Origin: an uncultured bacterium
Lineage (GTDB): Bacteria; Krumholzibacteriota; Krumholzibacteriia; LZORAL124-64-63
Reading direction: 5' to 3'
NCBI GenBank assembly: GCA_903912525.1
Contig: CAIWHK010000025.1
Coordinates: forward strand, 136,881-200,880
Length of the DNA: 64,000 nucleotides
The position numbers were made by a program, and so were the translations under genes. This document shows, in pieces, positions 53,956-64,000 of this stretch (positions are counted from its first letter, which is position 1; every line of letters starts with the position of its first letter). The notes under the pieces are model-generated. The model saw nothing but the letters and a program-made list of their open reading frames with translations. It was not told where the DNA came from and made no database searches.

Positions 53956-54017
53956 GGGGCGCACGTCCGCTCGGGCTCGGGGAATGTTCGGGAAGGCCCG
54001 CGTGTCAGGCGCGGCGC

Positions 54018-56063
54018 CTAGAACACGACCCGCAGCACCCCGCGCAGCGTGCGGCCGTCCTGCTCGATCGCGTCGAGGGCGCCGACGCCCGGGCTGCGGT
54101 AGTCCACATCGAACAGATTGTACAGGCTCACCGACAGCGACGCCACCTCGCGCCAGCGGCGCGCGTACAACGTCGCGTTGACGAGCCAGAGGTCGTCCAG
54201 CGCCTGCCCGCCCGACGTGATGCGCTCGCTGGCATACTGGGCCTCGAGGCCCGCCAGCAGCCAGGCGCCCGCCAGCGGCGTCGAGACATTGAGCTTCCCG
54301 AGGTACGCCGGCGAATTGACCAGCCTGCTGCCGGTCGCGTCGTCCTCGGCGTGGGTGTAGGTGAAGCTCGCCCGCACGAAGACGTCGGCAGCCGGCTCGC
54401 CCTCGGCCTGCAGTTCGACGCCCAGCGCCTTCACGCGATCGAGGTTGGCCGAATAGTACAGCCCATCCTCAGGATCCTGCAGCTCGCCGATGAGGTTGGT
54501 GACGTCGTTGGCGAAGCCCGCCACCGAGGCCCGCCAGTCGGCGCCCAGCCGGCGCTCACCCACGACCTCGTACGTCGTGATCTCCTCGGGCTCCAGGCCG
54601 GGGTTGACCTTGCCGCTGATGCCGCCGTCCTCGTAGTAGAATTCGTAGGCACTGGGCGCGCGGAAGGCCCGGCCGTAGAGGAGCTTGATGGTCGTGACAT
54701 CGTCGGCGCCGATGACGCAGGCCAGGCGCGGGTTCACGACGTCGCCGAACGAGTCGTAGTGGTCCAGCCGCACGCCCGCCGTGATGCCGAGGCGCTCGCC
54801 GGGCCGGTATTCGTCCTGCGCGTAGAAGCCGACGACATGCGTTTCGGGATCGATGTCCAGCCAGCTGAACGGCGGCGTCGAGAGGTCGTAGTTGCGCATC
54901 GACTGGCGGTAGTCGTACCGGTACTCGGCGCCCAGGACGGCGGTGTGGCGCGGGTCGGGCCGCCAGTTCAACTGCAGCTCGCCGCCCACCGACTGGGCCA
55001 GGCTCTCGTCGCGGTTGACCAGCAGGTCGCGCGGCTGCCCCTCCTCCGCCATGTCGTACGGATAGTCGCCCCAGTAGCTGTAACGGTCGTAGTAGAGGCG
55101 GGCGTCCAGGTCGGTCGTCGGCGACAACGCGCGCGCATACCGGCCCTCCAGGAAGGACCGCGCATCGAAGGTCTTGCGCGGCACGTCGGCGGGCATTCCC
55201 CAGGCCGGCGGTCCGTGCTTGGTGCGCTCGGCGTAGAAGCCCTCGACGGACAGGCCCCCGTGGTGGTGGCTCACCATCAGCCGCCGGCCGGTCTGGTCGT
55301 CGCCGTCGCGCAGCAGGCCATCGCCCGCGCCGGCATCGACGAATTCCTGCAGGTAAAGGGGGTTCTGGCCCTCGCTCCGGAAGGCGCTGGCCGAGACCAG
55401 CAGTTCCGCGCCGCACTGCGCGCGGTGTCCCCAGGTCAGGCGGCCGCGGCGGGTGTCGAGCGAACCGACCTCGCCCGTGGCCTCGAAGCCGTCGAAATCG
55501 CCGGCCTGCTTCGTGATGACGTTGATGACCGCGAAGAAGGCGTTGTTGCCGTAGAGAGCCGAGCCCGGGCCGCGCACGATCTCGACGCGGTCAATCAGGT
55601 CGAGGTCGAGGATGAAGTCCTCGACAACGGCTGCCGTGTCGTAGAGCGGATCGTTCAGGCGGTGCCCGTTGACGAGCAGGAGCAGGCGGCCGCCGAAATC
55701 GCCGGGGCGGTTGAAGCCGCGGACGCCGGCGAAGCCGTACGTGCGCGGGTTGATCGCGTAGAAGCCCGGCACGCTCTGCAGCAGGTCGGCCAGCGTGCGC
55801 CAGCCGTAGAGCCTCACCTCCTGGCCGGTGACCACCGTCACCGAGGAAGGCGCCTCGGAGGCGTCCTGCGCGCGCTTGGCGGCCGTGTAGACCGGGATCG
55901 CCATCAACTGGTCCAGGCTCAGGCCAAGCAGGTCGTCGTCGGACACCGTTTCGGCGGCCGGGCACATCGTTGCCAGCATCACGAGGCCGATCACCAGGGC
56001 GCAGCAGGCGCGGCGCGTCGATCCCTGTCGTGGGCGAAACAGGAGGTCCATCTCCATCATCAT
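54018..56063 (-). CDS. TonB-dependent outer-membrane receptor
   Basis: Signal peptide, plug domain ([24 protein letters not shown]), 22-strand barrel, terminal ...LRVVF. Confidence 0.75.
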   Translation of the reverse strand: MMMEMDLLFRPRQGSTRRACCALVIGLVMLATMCPAAETVSDDDLLGLSLDQLMAIPVYTAAKRAQDASEAPSSVTVVTGQEVRLYGWRTLADLLQSVPGFYAINPRTYGFAGVRGFNRPGDFGGRLLLLVNGHRLNDPLYDTAAVVEDFILDLDLIDRVEIVRGPGSALYGNNAFFAVINVITKQAGDFDGFEATGEVGSLDTRRGRLTWGHRAQCGAELLVSASAFRSEGQNPLYLQEFVDAGAGDGLLRDGDDQTGRRLMVSHHHGGLSVEGFYAERTKHGPPAWGMPADVPRKTFDARSFLEGRYARALSPTTDLDARLYYDRYSYWGDYPYDMAEEGQPRDLLVNRDESLAQSVGGELQLNWRPDPRHTAVLGAEYRYDYRQSMRNYDLSTPPFSWLDIDPETHVVGFYAQDEYRPGERLGITAGVRLDHYDSFGDVVNPRLACVIGADDVTTIKLLYGRAFRAPSAYEFYYEDGGISGKVNPGLEPEEITTYEVVGERRLGADWRASVAGFANDVTNLIGELQDPEDGLYYSANLDRVKALGVELQAEGEPAADVFVRASFTYTHAEDDATGSRLVNSPAYLGKLNVSTPLAGAWLLAGLEAQYASERITSGGQALDDLWLVNATLYARRWREVASLSVSLYNLFDVDYRSPGVGALDAIEQDGRTLRGVLRVVF

Positions 56064-56173
56064 CCCCCTCGTCCTGGTCGCGGCGCACGGGCCCGGGGCG
56101 TCCGGCCGGCGCACGCAAACGATGCGGCCATTCTGGCGCACACGAGGGCCTGGGACAATGTCTTTATCGGGAA

Positions 56174-56863
56174 TCAGCGCGCGGTGCAGGCGGCGCCGAG
56201 CGCCCCGGCCATGACCGCGATGTCCGTGAGCCCGACCGCCCCGTCGAAATCGAAATCGGAGCGGTAGTTGTAGGCGCCCTGGTAGTCGGTCGCCAGGTAC
56301 GGGATGTCCGCAAGGTCGACCGACAGGCTGCCGTCGATGTCGGGGCTGTTGAACCACAGGTTCAGCGACGTCGCGCCGCAGTACATGTCCGGCGACCAGT
56401 AGAACATGGCCGTGCCGGTGGGATGCCCCGTCGCGTCGACCGGCGAGTGGCCGCCGCCGGGGATGGGCTGCCGCTCGAAGAAGGCAGGACGGCCCTCGGA
56501 GTAGTCGACAATCAGGAGCGGGCCCGGTGCGCCGCAGATGGCCAGGGTCGAGCGGGGGTCCCCCAGCATCAGTGCCTGGTCCGTGAAGTCGATCGGCGTC
56601 CAGGTGCCGGCATCGGTGAGATACTCGACGCGATAGAGAAGCAGGGCGATGCCGCCGGCGGTCGCGTCATCCAGCGAGGTCCGCCCGTCCGGGTAGATGC
56701 ACACGCTGTTGGGCGTGGTGATCATCGCGGGCGTGAAGGGCGCCATCTGCGGCCACAGGCGGTAGGGGCACATGCCGGCGGCGGCGGGAAGGGCGACCAG
56801 CGATAACAGGACGAGCGCTGTGGCAACCACCGGAGCCATCGGCTGAAAACGGTGAAACCTCAT
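56174..56863 (-). CDS. hypothetical secreted protein with C-terminal dockerin-like calcium-binding repeats
   Basis: Signal peptide; DIDGSLSVDLADI and DFDFDGAVGLTDIAV dockerin-like repeats; directly upstream of the TonB receptor gene. Confidence 0.4.
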   Translation of the reverse strand: MRFHRFQPMAPVVATALVLLSLVALPAAAGMCPYRLWPQMAPFTPAMITTPNSVCIYPDGRTSLDDATAGGIALLLYRVEYLTDAGTWTPIDFTDQALMLGDPRSTLAICGAPGPLLIVDYSEGRPAFFERQPIPGGGHSPVDATGHPTGTAMFYWSPDMYCGATSLNLWFNSPDIDGSLSVDLADIPYLATDYQGAYNYRSDFDFDGAVGLTDIAVMAGALGAACTAR

Positions 56864-56978
56864 GGCCCTCCACCTCATCGCCACCCGGCGGGCCCGGCCC
56901 GCCATCCCCGACACACCTGCGTCAGCGACCATTGTAGCACCGGCGGCGGGGAAATGAAGGAGCTTTCGCAGCTACGCG

Positions 56979-56996
56979 AGTTGCGCCGGCGCAAGT
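56979..56996. repeat. intergenic palindromic element copy (AGTTGCGCCGGCGCAAGT)
   Basis: Seen directly; 3' of membrane-protein gene 57001..57528, upstream of the dockerin-like / TonB receptor operon. Confidence 0.8.
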
Positions 56997-57000
56997 CTCC

Positions 57001-57528
57001 TCAGGACGCCGGCTCATCCTCCCACAGCGCCTCTTCCCGCTCGTCGCCCGCGACCATGTGGTCGACGAAGTTGCGCAGCAGGTACATCTCGTCCTGCGTC
57101 AGCCCCTGGCCGATGACCGCCGCGCCGTAGACGAACGCGATCAGCGCCAGCGACGCCGGCAGCAGCCAGAAGCCCCATGCGTATTCCTTCACCGACGCCT
57201 GGGCCCAGCCCAGCATGATGCCGCCGAGTCCCGTCAGCGACAGCACGCCGTAGACGGCCATGAAGCCGGTCCACACGTTGGGGCGCGGGCCGAAACGGCC
57301 GTGCAGCACGATGCGGTCGCCGCGCTCGAGCAGCTGCAGGTTCAGGTGCGGCGAGAGCAGCGACTGGCGCTCGGGGGGCACCTGCAGGTAGGCGTAGCCA
57401 CCCACCACCTGGCCGCTGACGCGGGTGCTGCCCTTCTCGAGGCGGGTCTTGATACGTGCCATGGTGCGCGTGCCGTCGATCTTCATGGGGATCTCGAACG
57501 TCGGGCGCATGCGGGGACGGATGGCCAT
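57001..57528 (-). CDS. hypothetical membrane protein (soluble N-domain + 2 TM helices)
   Basis: ORF-based; two predicted TM helices (FMAVYGVLSLTGLGGIMLGW, FWLLPASLALIAFVYGAAVIG); start uncertain. Confidence 0.4.
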   Translation of the reverse strand: MAIRPRMRPTFEIPMKIDGTRTMARIKTRLEKGSTRVSGQVVGGYAYLQVPPERQSLLSPHLNLQLLERGDRIVLHGRFGPRPNVWTGFMAVYGVLSLTGLGGIMLGWAQASVKEYAWGFWLLPASLALIAFVYGAAVIGQGLTQDEMYLLRNFVDHMVAGDEREEALWEDEPAS

Positions 57529-57693
57529 GGGCGCTCCCAGGGGACGGGTCGATGCCGCAACACATGGCCCTGATTCTAGCGGACCCAAGACGGCGTTGTC
57601 GACAAATCCGACTGATTTTATCTGTTTTAATGTTATCATGATCGGCGACCACGGATGCCGCCCCGCCATCGTCAATCCACGGGATGGAATGCC

Positions 57694-58608
57694 ATGAACG
57701 ACCACGCCAAAATGTTGCGGGCGCTGACCCTGCTGCTCCTGCTCCTGCCCGCGGCAGGCCTGGCCCAACTGGCGCAGAGCACCTTCGCCACCGGGACCGA
57801 CGACTGGCTGAGCGTGACGATGCCCTACCCCAGCGCCATCCCCCCGACCATCCTGAGCGTGTACACACCCACCTGGGTGGCGGCAAGCGGCGGGTACCTG
57901 TCGATGGTCGATCCCGACGGGACGGGAGCCGGCAACACCGAATACTGGCAGGCGCCGGCGGCGTTCCTCGGTGCGAAGGGTGCGGCCTACGGCGGGACGC
58001 TGGCCTTCGACATCGGCAACGCGGGAACTGGATATCCGCCATTCGCGGAGGAGGACCTCATCCTGGTCGGCGGCGGGCTCACGCTGGCGGCGATGCTGCC
58101 GTCGATGCCGACCGCGTCGCTTGGACACTACGCCATCACGTTGACCGAAGTCGGCTGGAAGCGGGACGCTCTGACCGGCCCCGACGCGACGCGCGCCGAG
58201 TTCCAGGCTGTGCTCGCGGACCTTGATCAGCTGTTCATCCGCGCCGAGTACCAGTTGGGTCCGGACACCGAATACCTCGACAATGTCCTCATGGCGTCCG
58301 GGACCTCGGCGGCCGGGCCGGCGGTCGGCGCCGGATTCGCGCTCGGGCGCTGTGCGCCGACCCCGTTCAATCCTTCGACCGTGATCACGCTGGATGTCGC
58401 GCAGGCGGAACGGATTCGCGTGGACATCGTCGATGCGGCCGGGCGCGCCGTGCGCCACCTGCGCGATGAGTCGCTGGAATCCGGGCTGCACCGCCTGGTC
58501 TGGGATGGCACGGACGACAAGGGGCTGCGCGCCGCGAGCGGGGTCTACTTCTGCCGTGCGTCGGCGGGCGAGATGGTTCTGGTGCGGAGCATGGTCCTGC
58601 TGAAGTGA
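57694..58608 (+). CDS. hypothetical secreted protein with T9SS-type C-terminal sorting domain
   Basis: Signal peptide MNDHAKMLRALTLLLLLLPAAGLAQ; C-terminus TPFNPSTVITLDV...IVDAAGRAV...WDGTDDKG...SGVYFCRA...K. Confidence 0.6.
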   Translation: MNDHAKMLRALTLLLLLLPAAGLAQLAQSTFATGTDDWLSVTMPYPSAIPPTILSVYTPTWVAASGGYLSMVDPDGTGAGNTEYWQAPAAFLGAKGAAYGGTLAFDIGNAGTGYPPFAEEDLILVGGGLTLAAMLPSMPTASLGHYAITLTEVGWKRDALTGPDATRAEFQAVLADLDQLFIRAEYQLGPDTEYLDNVLMASGTSAAGPAVGAGFALGRCAPTPFNPSTVITLDVAQAERIRVDIVDAAGRAVRHLRDESLESGLHRLVWDGTDDKGLRAASGVYFCRASAGEMVLVRSMVLLK

Positions 58609-58634
58609 CGAGGTACTGGCGCCGGCGCGGCTCC

Positions 58635-60257
58635 TCAGCGTTTGGGCGCGCCGTCCCGCACGCGGCCCTTCGCCACGCGCACTTCCTGCAGCAGGCGGGC
58701 GATGCCGGCGTTGTCGGGCGCCAGCGTGGCCGCGTGACCGAGATCCCTCTCGGCTTCGTCGAGGCGGTGGGCCTGCATGTGCAGCAGGCCGCGGTTGTAC
58801 CAGGCGGTGGGATCGCCCGGAGCCAGTTCGATGGCGCGCGTGAACGCGGTCAGCGCGCCGGTCTCGTCGCCGTTGCGGGCCCGCACGGCGCCGAGGTGGC
58901 ACCACGGCGCCGCCGCGTTCGGGTCCAGTTCGACGGCCCGGGCCAGGCGCAGGCCCGCGGCCGGCAGGTCCTGGCGCTCGAGCAGCAGGCGGCCCAGTTC
59001 GGCCTCGGTGCGCGCATCGGCCGGCAGGCCGGCCTTGGCGAAGGCCTCGGACGCAGCGCGCAGGTCGTCGCGCGCCTGGTCGTCGCGACCGCTGGCGGCA
59101 AACACGAGGCCGCGCACACGGAGGCTCCACGGATCGCCGGGCAGCCTGCGCTGGCGGATGCCCGCGGCCTCGACCGCCAGCCCGGCCCAGAGGTCGCGCT
59201 CGGGGCCCGGGACCGCGGCGCTGAACTGCTCCCAGGCGTAGCGCGCGTAGGCCGAGAGCGAGCCGGTGACGTACAGGTGCTCCAGACCCAGCCACACCGG
59301 CACTTCGCGCGCCGGCTGTCCATTCTCGCCCGACTCGAGCCGCGGCAAAAGCAGGCGCCGGCAGCAGGGATCGCCCGCGAGCGGACCCGACGCCGCCGAC
59401 TGCTCGTACCAGTGCGCCGCCAGCGTCCACTCCGCCACGCGTTCGGCGAGCTCACCCATGTCGCGAAAACACTCCAGCGCGTGTTCGGGCGACGGCCGCT
59501 GCGCCAGGTAGTAGTTCAGCGCGCCGCGCAGGCGGTCCTGGGTCTCGTCGTTCGCCGCCTCGATCCAGCGGCCGTAGGTGTTGAACAGGTCCTGCCTCTG
59601 CAGCTCTTCGCTGATCTGCATCACGCGCGACGTCTGCCCCATGCGCGCCTGGATGAGCCCGCGAACCTTGAGGCCCGCCGGTCCCGACGGCTCCAGTTGC
59701 AGGGCCAGCAACGCCCACCTGTCGGCCTCGTCCCAGTCGGCCCGGTCGTAGTGGTACCAGGCGCGGGCCAGCGCCGTGGCCAATGCCGCCTCGCGGCGAT
59801 AGGTCGCGCCGCGGGCCGCCAGCGGCGCGCCGGGATCGTTCAACCGGCGCACAGCAGCCGCCGCGCCCTCGAGCGCCGACGCCGTGTGCAGCCGGTCGCC
59901 CGCCGCGCGCCGCGCCTCAGCCAGCGCCAGCCAGTGGTCAGGGTCGTCGGGTGCGGCCAGGGCCGCTTCGGCCAGCAGGCGCAGGCGGTCGAGCGCGGCG
60001 GACTCGCGCCCGGCAGCGCGTGCGGCGTCGTCGGCGCGTGCGCGGCGCGCGGCCTGCGTGGCTGGATCCAGTTTCAGGAACGGGTCGATGACCAGGGAAT
60101 CGTCGATGGCCGCGAAGAGCACGTCGGGGGCCTGGGCGCAAACGCGGGCGGCGGTGCCGGCGCATCCGCCGCACACCGCCGCCGTTCCGACCAGCATCGC
60201 CAGGAGCAGATAGACCTGCGCGCCCGGCGCCCGCCAAAACATCGCCCGCCACGACAT
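58635..60257 (-). CDS. TPR repeat lipoprotein
   Basis: Signal peptide with lipobox-like CGGC; multiple TPR-like repeats; start uncertain (60257 or 60293). Confidence 0.5.
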   Translation of the reverse strand: MSWRAMFWRAPGAQVYLLLAMLVGTAAVCGGCAGTAARVCAQAPDVLFAAIDDSLVIDPFLKLDPATQAARRARADDAARAAGRESAALDRLRLLAEAALAAPDDPDHWLALAEARRAAGDRLHTASALEGAAAAVRRLNDPGAPLAARGATYRREAALATALARAWYHYDRADWDEADRWALLALQLEPSGPAGLKVRGLIQARMGQTSRVMQISEELQRQDLFNTYGRWIEAANDETQDRLRGALNYYLAQRPSPEHALECFRDMGELAERVAEWTLAAHWYEQSAASGPLAGDPCCRRLLLPRLESGENGQPAREVPVWLGLEHLYVTGSLSAYARYAWEQFSAAVPGPERDLWAGLAVEAAGIRQRRLPGDPWSLRVRGLVFAASGRDDQARDDLRAASEAFAKAGLPADARTEAELGRLLLERQDLPAAGLRLARAVELDPNAAAPWCHLGAVRARNGDETGALTAFTRAIELAPGDPTAWYNRGLLHMQAHRLDEAERDLGHAATLAPDNAGIARLLQEVRVAKGRVRDGAPKR

Positions 60258-60292
60258 CGCCCTTGGGCGACGCGGCTGCGGGCCGTCGTTCA

Positions 60293-61696
60293 TCAGTGCA
60301 CCAGCCTGTGGAACCAACTGCCGCGGGGTGCTTCCTGCATCGTGACGATGGGCACCGTGCCGAGCAACCTGTCGCCCAGCTTCACCATCGCGCGTCCCAC
60401 CTCGGCCCCCGCCGCCAGCGGAGCCTGCGCCTGCCGGGTGATGTCATTGGCGATGACCAGGTCGCCGCGACGGCCCTTGGGCACGCTGACGGTCAGCGCC
60501 TCGCCGTACGTGACCGGCACCTGGCTGACCTTGCCGTCCTTGACCGTGACCATGACCGGCAGCGCGGCGCCCGGGCCGTCGATCACCTTCACCGGCTCGT
60601 ACATGTTGAAACCGTGCGTCAGCAGCCGGTTGGTCTCCGAGGCGCGCGCGTTGTTCGTCGAGCAGCCCATCACGCACGAGAGCAGGCGCTGCCCGTTGCG
60701 CACCGCCGTTGCCGTGACGCAGAACCCCGCCGGCCGGGTGTAACCGGTCTTCAGGCCGTCGAGTCCCTCGAACTTGCCGATCAGGCGGTTCGGGTTGTGC
60801 AGCGTGAAGGTGCCGCCCCGGAAGGGCGCCGTGGCCGTCGAGCCCCACTCAAGGGCTTCGGGATGCTTGATCACCTCGCGGCCGAGCAGGGTCATGTCGT
60901 AGGCGGTCGACATGTCGGACTTCTGCCCGCGCGCCGGCGGCAGCCCGTGCACCGAATGGAATTCGGTGTCGTTCATGTGGAGCTCGCGCGCCCGCACGTT
61001 CATGCGCTCGACGAAGACGGCCGTGGAGCCGGCGACGTGCTCGGCCAGCGCGGCCGCCGCGTCGTTGGCCGAGTGGATGCACAGCGCCATCAGCAGCTCG
61101 CGCACCGTGAACTTCTCGCCCGCCTTCAGGTAGACCTGCGAGCCGCCGACGTTGCTGGCGTTCTTTGTCACCGTGACGGTGTCGGCAAGGCTCAACTCGC
61201 CGCGATCGGCCGCCTCGAGGACCAGCAGCTCGGTCATCATCTTCAGCATCGAGGCGGGCGGACGGCGTTCGCGCTCGCGGTGCGCCTCGATGATCAGGCC
61301 GGTGTTGACATCGACGACGATGGCCGAAACGAAGTCGCCGGTCACACTGGCCGGCCCGGACTCGTTCTCGGTGAAGGTCAGGGGGTCGTGCCCGGGAGCG
61401 GCGGCGGCGCGCGCCTTCGTGGACCGGCGGGAGGTCTTGGCGCGCGTGGTCTTGGATCGCGTGGACTTCGACTTGGCGGTCGACTTGGTGGTCGGCTTCG
61501 CGGTCGTCGATTTCGCGGTCGTCGATTTGGCGGTGGTCGACTTGGCGGTGGTCGACTTGGCAGCCGTCTTGGTCGTGGTCGATTTGGAGGGGGTAGCGGC
61601 CCCCGCCCCCTCGACCGCCGCAGCCGGCACCAGGGTCGCGATCAGGAAAATGGCGGCCACGCGGCCGAAAAATCGCTGCAGCTCCGTCTTCATCAT
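60293..61696 (-). CDS. dacA: D-alanyl-D-alanine carboxypeptidase (S11, PBP5-like) with N-terminal (AKSTT)n low-complexity linker
   Basis: SxxK (ASMLKMMT), SxN (HSAND), KTG (LKTGYT) motifs; N-terminal signal peptide then repeat tract. Confidence 0.75.
   Translation of the reverse strand: MMKTELQRFFGRVAAIFLIATLVPAAAVEGAGAATPSKSTTTKTAAKSTTAKSTTAKSTTAKSTTAKPTTKSTAKSKSTRSKTTRAKTSRRSTKARAAAAPGHDPLTFTENESGPASVTGDFVSAIVVDVNTGLIIEAHRERERRPPASMLKMMTELLVLEAADRGELSLADTVTVTKNASNVGGSQVYLKAGEKFTVRELLMALCIHSANDAAAALAEHVAGSTAVFVERMNVRARELHMNDTEFHSVHGLPPARGQKSDMSTAYDMTLLGREVIKHPEALEWGSTATAPFRGGTFTLHNPNRLIGKFEGLDGLKTGYTRPAGFCVTATAVRNGQRLLSCVMGCSTNNARASETNRLLTHGFNMYEPVKVIDGPGAALPVMVTVKDGKVSQVPVTYGEALTVSVPKGRRGDLVIANDITRQAQAPLAAGAEVGRAMVKLGDRLLGTVPIVTMQEAPRGSWFHRLVH
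61462..61594. repeat. 15-bp imperfect tandem repeat array (GGTCGACTTGGCGGT-like, ~8 units) encoding (AKSTT)n in dacA
   Basis: Direct reading of repeated gacttggcggtggtc units. Confidence 0.8.
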
Positions 61697-61884
61697 GGTC
61701 CGGTCCTCAACTGTTGTGCGGCTCCGGCGCGGGCCGTCAGCTCCTCTGACGGCCTGGGGCACCGGTGATGGCGCCTGGCGGCAGCGTCAGGATACCGCCG
61801 CAATGGCGGGAATTCAACCCGTGATGGCGGTGAGAATGCACTTTCGCAGCGCGGCCGCCGCATGCCGGCGCGCGCAACGTCCGA

Positions 61885-62598
61885 TCAGCGCCGGCGCCAC
61901 ACCCAGACACTGCCCGAATCCGTCGCGGGATCGAACGGCCTGGCGTTGAAATCGGCGTCATGGATCACCGGCTGCCACTGCGAAGGGATATGCATCGCCC
62001 GGTAGCTGGCGCTCGACAACGGGTAGAGCGCCTCGCGGCCGCGGAAGACCACGCGATCGGGGTCCGTCAGCGCCGTGACGAAGTCCAAGCGCCCTGGGGT
62101 GACGTTCTCGTAGGCGCGGTGGAAAGCCAGGCCGCTCTCGGGCACCCGGATGACCGGGAAGACATGGCCGCGCCGTTTGAGGATCGGGTCGAAGTTCACC
62201 GTCTGGAAGACCCACGCCCCGCCCGGCTGCAGCAGGCGGTGCACCGCCGACAGGAAGCCCGGCAGGGACGCCAACGGCAGGTGCGGCAGCACGTTGCCGA
62301 GGCAGATGACCGAACTGAACTCGCCGGCGGGCAGCAGCCCGATCTCCTGCATCCCCAGGATGCGAAAATCGACGCCCGGATGGCGCGCCTCGGCCTGGTC
62401 GATCATGCCGGGGTCGAGGTCGATCCCGAGACAGGGGCGGTCCGGCCCGGCCAGATGGCCGCAGAAGGCCCCGGTGCCACAGCCGACGTCCAACAGCCGG
62501 CCCGTTGGCGGCAACGCGCGCTCCAGGAACGCCACGACGTCCGGACGCGCGGGAAACACCTCTTCGTAGTGGCCGGCGAAGTCGGCGTAGAAGGCCAT
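61885..62598 (-). CDS. class I SAM-dependent methyltransferase
   Basis: Motif I LLDVGCGTGAFCGHL, post-I acidic residue, motif II/III. Confidence 0.75.
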   Translation of the reverse strand: MAFYADFAGHYEEVFPARPDVVAFLERALPPTGRLLDVGCGTGAFCGHLAGPDRPCLGIDLDPGMIDQAEARHPGVDFRILGMQEIGLLPAGEFSSVICLGNVLPHLPLASLPGFLSAVHRLLQPGGAWVFQTVNFDPILKRRGHVFPVIRVPESGLAFHRAYENVTPGRLDFVTALTDPDRVVFRGREALYPLSSASYRAMHIPSQWQPVIHDADFNARPFDPATDSGSVWVWRRR

Positions 62599-62659
62599 GG
62601 CGGGTGCGATTCCTTCCGTACGGGGCGGGATCGAAAATTCGAGTCGTCTGCGGCCGCGC

Positions 62660-63040
62660 CTACTCGGGAGGCAGGTCGATGTCGCCGGCGGCGGCGATCC
62701 ACAGCGTCAAACCGCCGGCCAGGTGGCTCACCGACGGCCAGCCCATGACGCCCTGCAGGTAGCGGCCCAGCCTTCGCGTGCGGACGCCGTTGCGGCAGAC
62801 CAGCGCGAACGGCTGCTGACGGTCGGCGACACGGTCGAAGCCGGCAAGCCAGGCGGCCAGGTCGTAGCGCCGGTAGGCATCGAAGAAGGTCAACAGGTGG
62901 GTGCCCGGAATGATTCCCGTTCCCTCCCATTCATCTTCGCGCCTGATGTCGATGACCGGGACGCCGGCCGCCATCAGCGCCTGCAGGCCGCCGACATCCA
63001 GGTCGACCACCCGGGCATCGACCGGCGTGGTCATCATCAT
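62660..63040 (-). CDS. rhodanese-like sulfurtransferase domain protein (active-site Cys present)
   Basis: CRNGVRT (C-R-x-G-x-R/T) active-site loop; 61 nt upstream of the methyltransferase gene on the same strand. Confidence 0.7.
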   Translation of the reverse strand: MMMTTPVDARVVDLDVGGLQALMAAGVPVIDIRREDEWEGTGIIPGTHLLTFFDAYRRYDLAAWLAGFDRVADRQQPFALVCRNGVRTRRLGRYLQGVMGWPSVSHLAGGLTLWIAAAGDIDLPPE

Positions 63041-63063
63041 GTCGCGGACCCAGGACTCCACGC

Positions 63064-63795
63064 TCAGTCGACCAGGTAGTATTCGACGGTGGAGACCACG
63101 CGCACCTTCTTGATGTGCGTGTTGTTCTGGTCGCGGTCCTCGACCGTGAACTGGCCCTGCTGCGCCGACTTGATGCGGCCGAGCCGGCTCTGGCTGTCCT
63201 GCGCGAACTTGGCGGCCACTTCGCGGGCGTTGCGCGTCGCCTCCTCGATCATCCCCGGCTTCAGTTCGTTCAGCTTGGTGAAGATGTACTGTGTCTGCGC
63301 CTGGAACTGGTTGCCGCCCAGGACGATGCCCCGCTGGCCCAGTTCACCCAGGCGCTTCTGCGTCGTCCGCACCAGGTCGATGCGAGGAGAATAGACCGTG
63401 ACCGTGCGCGTGGCCGTGTAGCGCAGGGGGATGTCCCCGCCGCCGCCCCACTGTTCGGCCAGCTTGTCGGTCACCGCGGCCGGCGCGACGGTGATCTCCT
63501 CGTCGGTGAAGCCCGCCTGCTTCAGGAAGTCGACGACGGTGACAGCGTTCTTCTCGATCGTCGCGTACAGCCCCATGGCATCGTTCGATGCCGCCGAGAA
63601 CTGCAGCGGCCACAGCGCGATGTCGGCCGGAACATCGCGCTCGGCCAGGCCCTTGACCGTCACCGTGCGGTCCAGCTGGCGCACCTGCAGGGCGCCGCGC
63701 CCCAGCAGCAGTCCCAGGGCCACCAGGCCCAGGAAGATGCCCGCCGCCAGCACGAGATTGCCGCGCCCGCCCCTGCCTTCGATCACCTGGCTCAT
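63064..63795 (-). CDS. SIMPL domain (DUF541) periplasmic protein
   Basis: N-terminal TM/signal and conserved SIMPL/DUF541 core; 243 aa. Confidence 0.7.
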   Translation of the reverse strand: MSQVIEGRGGRGNLVLAAGIFLGLVALGLLLGRGALQVRQLDRTVTVKGLAERDVPADIALWPLQFSAASNDAMGLYATIEKNAVTVVDFLKQAGFTDEEITVAPAAVTDKLAEQWGGGGDIPLRYTATRTVTVYSPRIDLVRTTQKRLGELGQRGIVLGGNQFQAQTQYIFTKLNELKPGMIEEATRNAREVAAKFAQDSQSRLGRIKSAQQGQFTVEDRDQNNTHIKKVRVVSTVEYYLVD

Positions 63796-63807
63796 GACTG
63801 TCTGCTC

Positions 63808-64000
63808 CTATTTCTCGAGCTGCCGCACGGCGTCGATGACGGTGCCGTCCACCCACTTGATGGCCGCGACGACCTTCTGTCCCAGCCGGGGCTTGGCCGC
63901 CGGGCCGCCGCACAGGTCCTCGACCTCGCGCTTGATGTCGACCAGCGACCGGATCGGCAGCGACGAGCCCTGCACGGCCTCGATCAGGTCCCGCCGAAGC
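63808..64000 (-). CDS. hypothetical protein, C-terminal fragment (gene starts beyond window end)
   Basis: Open frame ending ...AAIKWVDGTVIDAVRQLEK* with GGAGCA RBS-spacing to next gene; no family assigned. Confidence 0.3.
   Translation of the reverse strand, partial: LRRDLIEAVQGSSLPIRSLVDIKREVEDLCGGPAAKPRLGQKVVAAIKWVDGTVIDAVRQLEK

Overview
This is a high-GC (about 68-70%), densely coding bacterial chromosomal window with about 53 protein-coding genes and no rRNA, tRNA, CRISPR array or recognisable mobile element that I could support. Most of the long ORFs in the six-frame track are antisense artefacts of the GC bias. Gene calls rest on by-eye recognition of conserved motifs in the supplied translations, with starts adjusted by eye. 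Housekeeping backbone: gmk-yicC; an NFACT/DUF814 protein; yebC; ispG with translationally coupled selB; the conserved rho - rpmE - DUF1385 - prfA - prmC - murA - PAP2 string; ychF; glgP-family phosphorylase; rocD; and a tricorn-like protease. Accessory content: (a) an ECF sigma / zinc-finger anti-sigma pair bracketed by two LTXXQ (Spy/CpxP/ZraP-like) periplasmic proteins; (b) three proteins with a C-terminal NPFNP-type T9SS-like sorting domain, one of them a giant lamin-tail-domain + endonuclease-I secreted nuclease; (c) two TMTC-like GT39 + TPR glycosyltransferases; (d) an OMP - small PBP-like - hybrid histidine kinase operon; (e) rhodanese-methyltransferase associations occurring twice; (f) a TonB-dependent receptor operon. 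The most unusual sequence-level signal is an 18-bp perfect or near-perfect palindrome (ACTTGCGCCGGCGCAAGT) present at five intergenic sites, always just 3' of a gene end. There are also two 15-bp in-frame tandem repeat arrays, one straddling the prmC end / murA start. Taxonomic guess, low confidence: a high-GC FCB-group-like lineage such as Gemmatimonadota, based on T9SS-type C-terminal domains plus GC content.
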